DNA of 64,000 nucleotides from a virus (Duplodnaviria; Heunggongvirae; Uroviricota; Caudoviricetes), in the IMG/VR virus record IMGVR_UViG_3300026302_000005, positions 64,001 to 128,000 of that record, one strand, 5' to 3'. A model generated the notes under the pieces. That model saw only the letters and a program-made list of their open reading frames with translations. It had not been told where the DNA came from and made no database searches. Below are positions 60,196 through 64,000 of this stretch, one piece after another; position 1 is the stretch's first letter; the number at the start of each line of letters is the position of its first letter. Both the position numbers and the translations under genes were made by a program.

Positions 60196-60690
60196 ATGAC
60201 CGAATACGTCGGCGATTTTGACGAACTGATCGATGACCTCATTGATGATGGGGAGGTCATGGTTGTTGCCACAGAGCGGGGGATTGGTATATCTGCCAGA
60301 CTTGGAGAACTAACCACGTTGGAGAGTCCGGATGGGACCATTGACCGGTTGTTCATCGAGTTCTTTGCAGAGAGCACCGTGCCTGGGATGCCTGCCGATC
60401 TCATCGCCGGTTACACCGAGGATGACGTAACCACCATCACCGGCGTTGTTGTTGCCGACGTAGAATCAGATGTCTACCCGCCATCATATGTTGGGGAAGC
60501 CCTGACTGTTGAGAAATTTTTGGAAGAATATGAAGTGGGACCTGGAGTGACCAGAACGATCAACAAACTGATGGAACAACTGGTGATCCAGTCTACCCCG
60601 AGTGAGGGGTGGTTGGACCAGGTTTCATCACTGTATCATGATCGTATTCCTGGGAGAACCAGCATTGAGAAGGTTAGACCGGTGAACTGA
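60196..60690 (+). CDS. Acidic hypothetical late protein
   Basis: TAAATA at 60170; GGGGG SD-like sequence before MTEYV. Confidence 0.6.
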   Translation: MTEYVGDFDELIDDLIDDGEVMVVATERGIGISARLGELTTLESPDGTIDRLFIEFFAESTVPGMPADLIAGYTEDDVTTITGVVVADVESDVYPPSYVGEALTVEKFLEEYEVGPGVTRTINKLMEQLVIQSTPSEGWLDQVSSLYHDRIPGRTSIEKVRPVN

Positions 60691-61262
60691 TGCTAGTGTT
60701 GTTGGCGACAGGTGAAACACAGGCGGATGTGGATCGGGTGTATCTGGGTCAGAACGATTCTCCCATGACCACACTGGGTATCGAACAGGTGGAGGATGCC
60801 GCTGATACGCTGGCACCCTACAAGATCGATCATATCTATTGCAGTGATCTCTATCGAGCCCAGGAGACGCTTCGTAGGGTGCTTCGGAAGAACCACCATC
60901 AGCCACCGCATGAACTGGTAGAAGAACTCCGAGAGCGTTCTGGTGGGGCCTACGAGGGCCTTACCTATACGGATATCCGAAAGGGTATGAGCCCGAAGCA
61001 GTATAAGGCGTGGGAACGTGATCCATTCGAAGCCCCTCTGCACGGGGAATCACTGATCGATGTGCAGGATCGGATGACCGAGTGGTTTGCCATTGTCCAG
61101 CAGGATATAGAGCATCGACTGGATGTTTTGATCATCTCTCATCCGGATGTGATTCGAGTGCTGATAGCCATGGCTATGAATCTGGACTTGACCGAAGTAA
61201 CCTCAATTGTGGTTGAACCCGGAATTCCATATTTTTACCATGGCCCTGTGCAAAACAAGTGA
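60690..61262 (+). CDS. Histidine-phosphatase-fold protein lacking the RHG motif
   Basis: SDLYRAQET, LRER..G.YEG, GESL.DV..R and IISH are present. The N-terminus reads ATGET instead of RHGET. Confidence 0.8.
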   Translation: MLVLLATGETQADVDRVYLGQNDSPMTTLGIEQVEDAADTLAPYKIDHIYCSDLYRAQETLRRVLRKNHHQPPHELVEELRERSGGAYEGLTYTDIRKGMSPKQYKAWERDPFEAPLHGESLIDVQDRMTEWFAIVQQDIEHRLDVLIISHPDVIRVLIAMAMNLDLTEVTSIVVEPGIPYFYHGPVQNK

Positions 61263-61332
61263 CCCATGGTCCTAAATACCATGACATATCGGGTTGGGAA
61301 CAACGAACCCCACCAATCGTAAGGATAGAGAC

Positions 61333-62088
61333 ATGAGCGTTAATTCTTTGGCCAACTTCGGGGTTCCCGGTCTCAATGGTGACCGGTCGGCGGTTCTTCA
61401 ACCCATTCTGACCACACACTGGCGGCTCCAGACCTTCAACTTCGGTGCATCGTCTGAACCGGCACCGTATGATCTGACTCGTCAGGCCAAGAAGGTAACC
61501 CTGCCGAACGTCACGTTCGAACAGGCCACCCTCTACAGCTACGTCAGCGCCGTCTACATCATGACCCGTGGTGAATGGGGTGAGGGGTCGATGACCTTCG
61601 TCGATGACATCACCAACAGCGTCCGTCGGCGTGTTGAAAACCAGATCGCCAAGCAAAAGAACTTCTTCGATCAGACCATGAGCCGTGCCGGTGAAAACTA
61701 CAAGTTCGAGATGGACGTGGACATCCTGGCCGGTGGTGCTACCGCTGGTGGATCGGCTGCTGACCCGAACATCATCCGCAAGTATTGCTACGCTGGTTGC
61801 CACCTGGTTGGCACCGAAGATGGTGAGATGACCTACGAAAGCGCAAACCCGAAAGAGATCACCGTCAAGTTCCGCTACGACAACTGCATCACATTCGACC
61901 AAAACGGTGCCCGTATGGGGACGTTCTCCCATACCGAAGAAATCCAATCGCAGGCTGGTTCGCTCTCGACCGGTGCTGGTGCTCCTGGTGGTCTCGGCAT
62001 CTCGATCACCGGAAACTCCATCACGGTGACCTCATCTGGTGCCAGCCTGGGCGGGGCTACTCTGAACGGTGGCATCAGCTTCGGCTAA
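61333..62088 (+). CDS. gp19: Tail tube protein (T4 gp19-like)
   Basis: LQP......R..F, LTRQ...V.LP, YKFE and I.V..RYDN motifs; TAAATA at 61273. Confidence 0.85.
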   Translation: MSVNSLANFGVPGLNGDRSAVLQPILTTHWRLQTFNFGASSEPAPYDLTRQAKKVTLPNVTFEQATLYSYVSAVYIMTRGEWGEGSMTFVDDITNSVRRRVENQIAKQKNFFDQTMSRAGENYKFEMDVDILAGGATAGGSAADPNIIRKYCYAGCHLVGTEDGEMTYESANPKEITVKFRYDNCITFDQNGARMGTFSHTEEIQSQAGSLSTGAGAPGGLGISITGNSITVTSSGASLGGATLNGGISFG

Positions 62089-62103
62089 TCTTCCACGACA
62101 TTC

Positions 62104-62139
62104 AACAAAAAGGCCCGGATCGCTCCGGGCCTTTTTGTT
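62104..62139. terminator. Bidirectional rho-independent terminator
   Basis: AACAAAAAGGCCCGGA-TCGC-TCCGGGCCTTTTTGTT. Confidence 0.85.
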
Positions 62140-62141
62140 TG

Positions 62142-62579
62142 TCAGGCATCCACGCCCAGACCGGAAAGCTCACGGAGAACTCGCAGCGTGTTGGGGGGCA
62201 ACGGGGTCCAACCCATGCGATTGCAGAACCATGCTTCGTTCGTTGCCTGGTTCACCAGGATGTCACCGACGCTGACCGATTTCATCGGCACCACGCCGAC
62301 CTTTTCGATCTGGCTGTTGGGACGATGATTGCCGATGGACCAGACCCCTTCCAGGCCGTTCGCCGTGATGAAGGCAACATGGTTGAACAGGAAATAGCTG
62401 ATCGCACGGTTGACCATCTTCTCCACGGCCACAACGGGATCGTCGCCATCACGGAACGTGCCGGTCGTGACATCGGCGTATGCCGCGAATTCCGGCTTGG
62501 CACTCCAGCTACCGGCAGCGTTCAATTCCGCGACTTGGGCATCGGTCAGGGTCGGCTGGTAGACGGCAAACTTGATCAT
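62142..62579 (-). CDS. Early hypothetical protein (YodL-like SVSVGD motif)
   Basis: Own early promoter, GGAG SD; A..LE.V..IGN...SVSVGDI. Confidence 0.65.
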   Translation of the reverse strand: MIKFAVYQPTLTDAQVAELNAAGSWSAKPEFAAYADVTTGTFRDGDDPVVAVEKMVNRAISYFLFNHVAFITANGLEGVWSIGNHRPNSQIEKVGVVPMKSVSVGDILVNQATNEAWFCNRMGWTPLPPNTLRVLRELSGLGVDA

Positions 62580-62605
62580 GGCTGGCTCCCGTTGCTGTTG
62601 AACCC

Positions 62606-62637
62606 TGTATAGCAGGATCGAGATGATTCGTCAAGAA
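62606..62637 (-). promoter_or_regulatory. Early promoter, TTCTTGACGAATCAT family
   Basis: TTGACG-17 nt-TATACA. Confidence 0.75.
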
Positions 62638-62646
62638 AATTCGAGA

Positions 62647-62871
62647 TCATCTCGGGAGTTCTGATACTGTCATCCAGTGTGAAAATGGTCCTATCACACA
62701 TCTTTGGTTTGGACATGTCCAATAACCACCCTCCGGATTGTATTTTGAGGGGCTGGTTGTTACCCATTTGGTGGTTCTGACCAGTGTAGCACCATCGATG
62801 TTGACACCGCCTACTATGAGGCTTCCATCCCTGGGCGCAGTGGCGATATCAAGCCACGTGTGATCGATCAT
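62647..62871 (-). CDS. Small phage protein (W..I.TAPRDG...HWM, DUF551-like)
   Basis: Characteristic terminal motifs; GGAG SD. Confidence 0.65.
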   Translation of the reverse strand: MIDHTWLDIATAPRDGSLIVGGVNIDGATLVRTTKWVTTSPSKYNPEGGYWTCPNQRCVIGPFSHWMTVSELPR

Positions 62872-62883
62872 GACTTGCTCCGA

Positions 62884-63288
62884 TCAGGTGCCCCAGGTGA
62901 TTTCCACCACGCCTTTTTTCTCCGACACCTGCTCGATGTAGAAGAACCGCCCACTGGAATCTTGGGCATCCATGTGGTGGTGATACTGCGACAGCAGAAC
63001 ATGCAGCACGTGCTTGACTGTCGATGCTTTCGGGATGGTGATCTGGTAGTCGGTGGGTGCAGTAAGACAGACGTGGTGGAACCCCCAGAGGTGGTTGATT
63101 CGCACGGTCGTGCCTTCCGTCAGGATGAAGTCCGGACCCATATGGAACTCGTCGTAGGTGGCAATATCGGCATCCGGGTCATCGGTGCAGAACTTCCAGT
63201 GCTGATTGTCCAAGACATTCTCGACATCCAGGAGGGAAATCGGGAGAGTGGGATCGATCACGACAACAGTGTTCTTCGACATCTTCAT
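62884..63288 (-). CDS. Early hypothetical protein
   Basis: AAGGAG SD downstream of the early promoter. Confidence 0.65.
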   Translation of the reverse strand: MKMSKNTVVVIDPTLPISLLDVENVLDNQHWKFCTDDPDADIATYDEFHMGPDFILTEGTTVRINHLWGFHHVCLTAPTDYQITIPKASTVKHVLHVLLSQYHHHMDAQDSSGRFFYIEQVSEKKGVVEITWGT

Positions 63289-63308
63289 CTCCTTGCTGCG
63301 TTGAACGT

Positions 63309-63340
63309 TGTATAGCAGGAGATGGATGATTCGTCAAGAA
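63309..63340 (-). promoter_or_regulatory. Early promoter, TTCTTGACGAATCAT family
   Basis: TTGACG-17 nt-TATACA. Confidence 0.75.
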
Positions 63341-63343
63341 CTT

Positions 63344-63541
63344 TTACATCTCTGCGAGACGTTTGGCCTGTTTCTTCTTGGCCCGGTAGACGGACTCACG
63401 ACGCTTACGGCGTTTGATATCAGACGGCTTCTCGAAATATCGCCGATCAATGAGTTCTTGAACAACCCCCTCGTCGTGGAGCTTCTTCTTCAATTTGCGA
63501 TAGGCTTTCATGACGTTGTTGTCACGAACCACAACTTGCAT
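63344..63541 (-). CDS. rpsU: Ribosomal protein bS21
   Basis: MQVVVRDNNVMKAYRKLKKKL..EG...E....YFEKPS; AAGGA SD; TAAATA at 63573-63578. Confidence 0.93.
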   Translation of the reverse strand: MQVVVRDNNVMKAYRKLKKKLHDEGVVQELIDRRYFEKPSDIKRRKRRESVYRAKKKQAKRLAEM

Positions 63542-63671
63542 GTCTGATGGTCCTTTTGGCTGGATGCTCATATATTTAGTCTAGTCAACCATAACGACAC
63601 TAGAACCGCGTGTTTCATTGAGCAACCCCCAGTTTTTAGGCTAAATACTTGGTATTGGACGGGACAACACC

Positions 63672-64000
63672 ATGGCAGTTAATGACGGAACCCTACAGGG
63701 CTGGCCTTTTGTGAACTTCGGAATGGAAACCCGGGGAACGCAAACTGTTGCGGGTCCGGGACGAACCTCTATAGTCTATCCCCGTAGAAAGTTCACCTAC
63801 CTGGTCGAGTTCTACATCAACCAGAACGTATTCACTTCCGGGCGACTTCAAACCGACATCAGTCAGCATATCCAAAATGGACGACTACTGGCAACACTCA
63901 AAAGCATCGATCATCCGAAAACCACTTTCAAGGTTGAAAAGCTTCGATCCTACAACAAGCATGTGCTTCTGCACACTGGCACGGAATATCAGCCTGCGAC
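63672..64000 (+). CDS. Partial tail tube-like protein (gp19/gp54 fold); missing from the ORF track
   Basis: MAVNDG...YPRRKFTYLVEFYIN...KSIDHPK..F.VE....YN; open to the window edge; TAAATA at 63642. Confidence 0.75.
   Translation, partial: MAVNDGTLQGWPFVNFGMETRGTQTVAGPGRTSIVYPRRKFTYLVEFYINQNVFTSGRLQTDISQHIQNGRLLATLKSIDHPKTTFKVEKLRSYNKHVLLHTGTEYQPA

Noticed and set aside
1-64000. tRNA, rRNA or CRISPR array
   Set aside because: No cloverleaf/T-arm consensus or regularly spaced repeats were seen by eye in the intergenic gaps. tRNAscan-SE would be definitive.
1-64000. Stop-codon reassignment
   Set aside because: Core genes are full length under the standard code, and TAA, TAG and TGA all serve as stops.

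Overview
This window is part of a large T4-superfamily (jumbo-type) myophage genome read with the standard genetic code. It carries the head module (portal, core, protease, scaffold, major capsid), neck, sheath, tube and baseplate genes, two large tail-fibre genes, a gp55-type late sigma factor, gp46/gp47, RuvC, ThyX, Hsp20 and ribosomal protein bS21. About 24 TAAATA late-promoter boxes sit just upstream of likely start codons. The bS21 type, a DUF6280-like gene and GANTC-containing early promoters point to an alphaproteobacterial, probably Rhodobacteraceae, host (inference). The most striking system is at 45.6-54.7 kb. Six late genes share an N-terminal M-[RK]-L-x-x-L leader, usually ending in Glu, and encode ADP-ribosyltransferase-like, GNAT, ParB/Srx-like and Cys-protease-like domains. 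In the larger proteins these domains are separated by prohead-protease-type (hydrophobic-x-E) sites, and a NADAR gene follows the cluster. This looks like a capsid-packaged, protease-processed 'polyprotein' effector arsenal. Other signals not evident from the ORF track: a candidate -1 frameshift in the gp26-like tail chaperone, an in-frame nested start in the portal gene, overlapping face-to-face late promoters, a ROSE-like RNA thermometer, and a dispersed RNA-repair toolkit. All family calls come from reading motifs by eye; no database searches were run.
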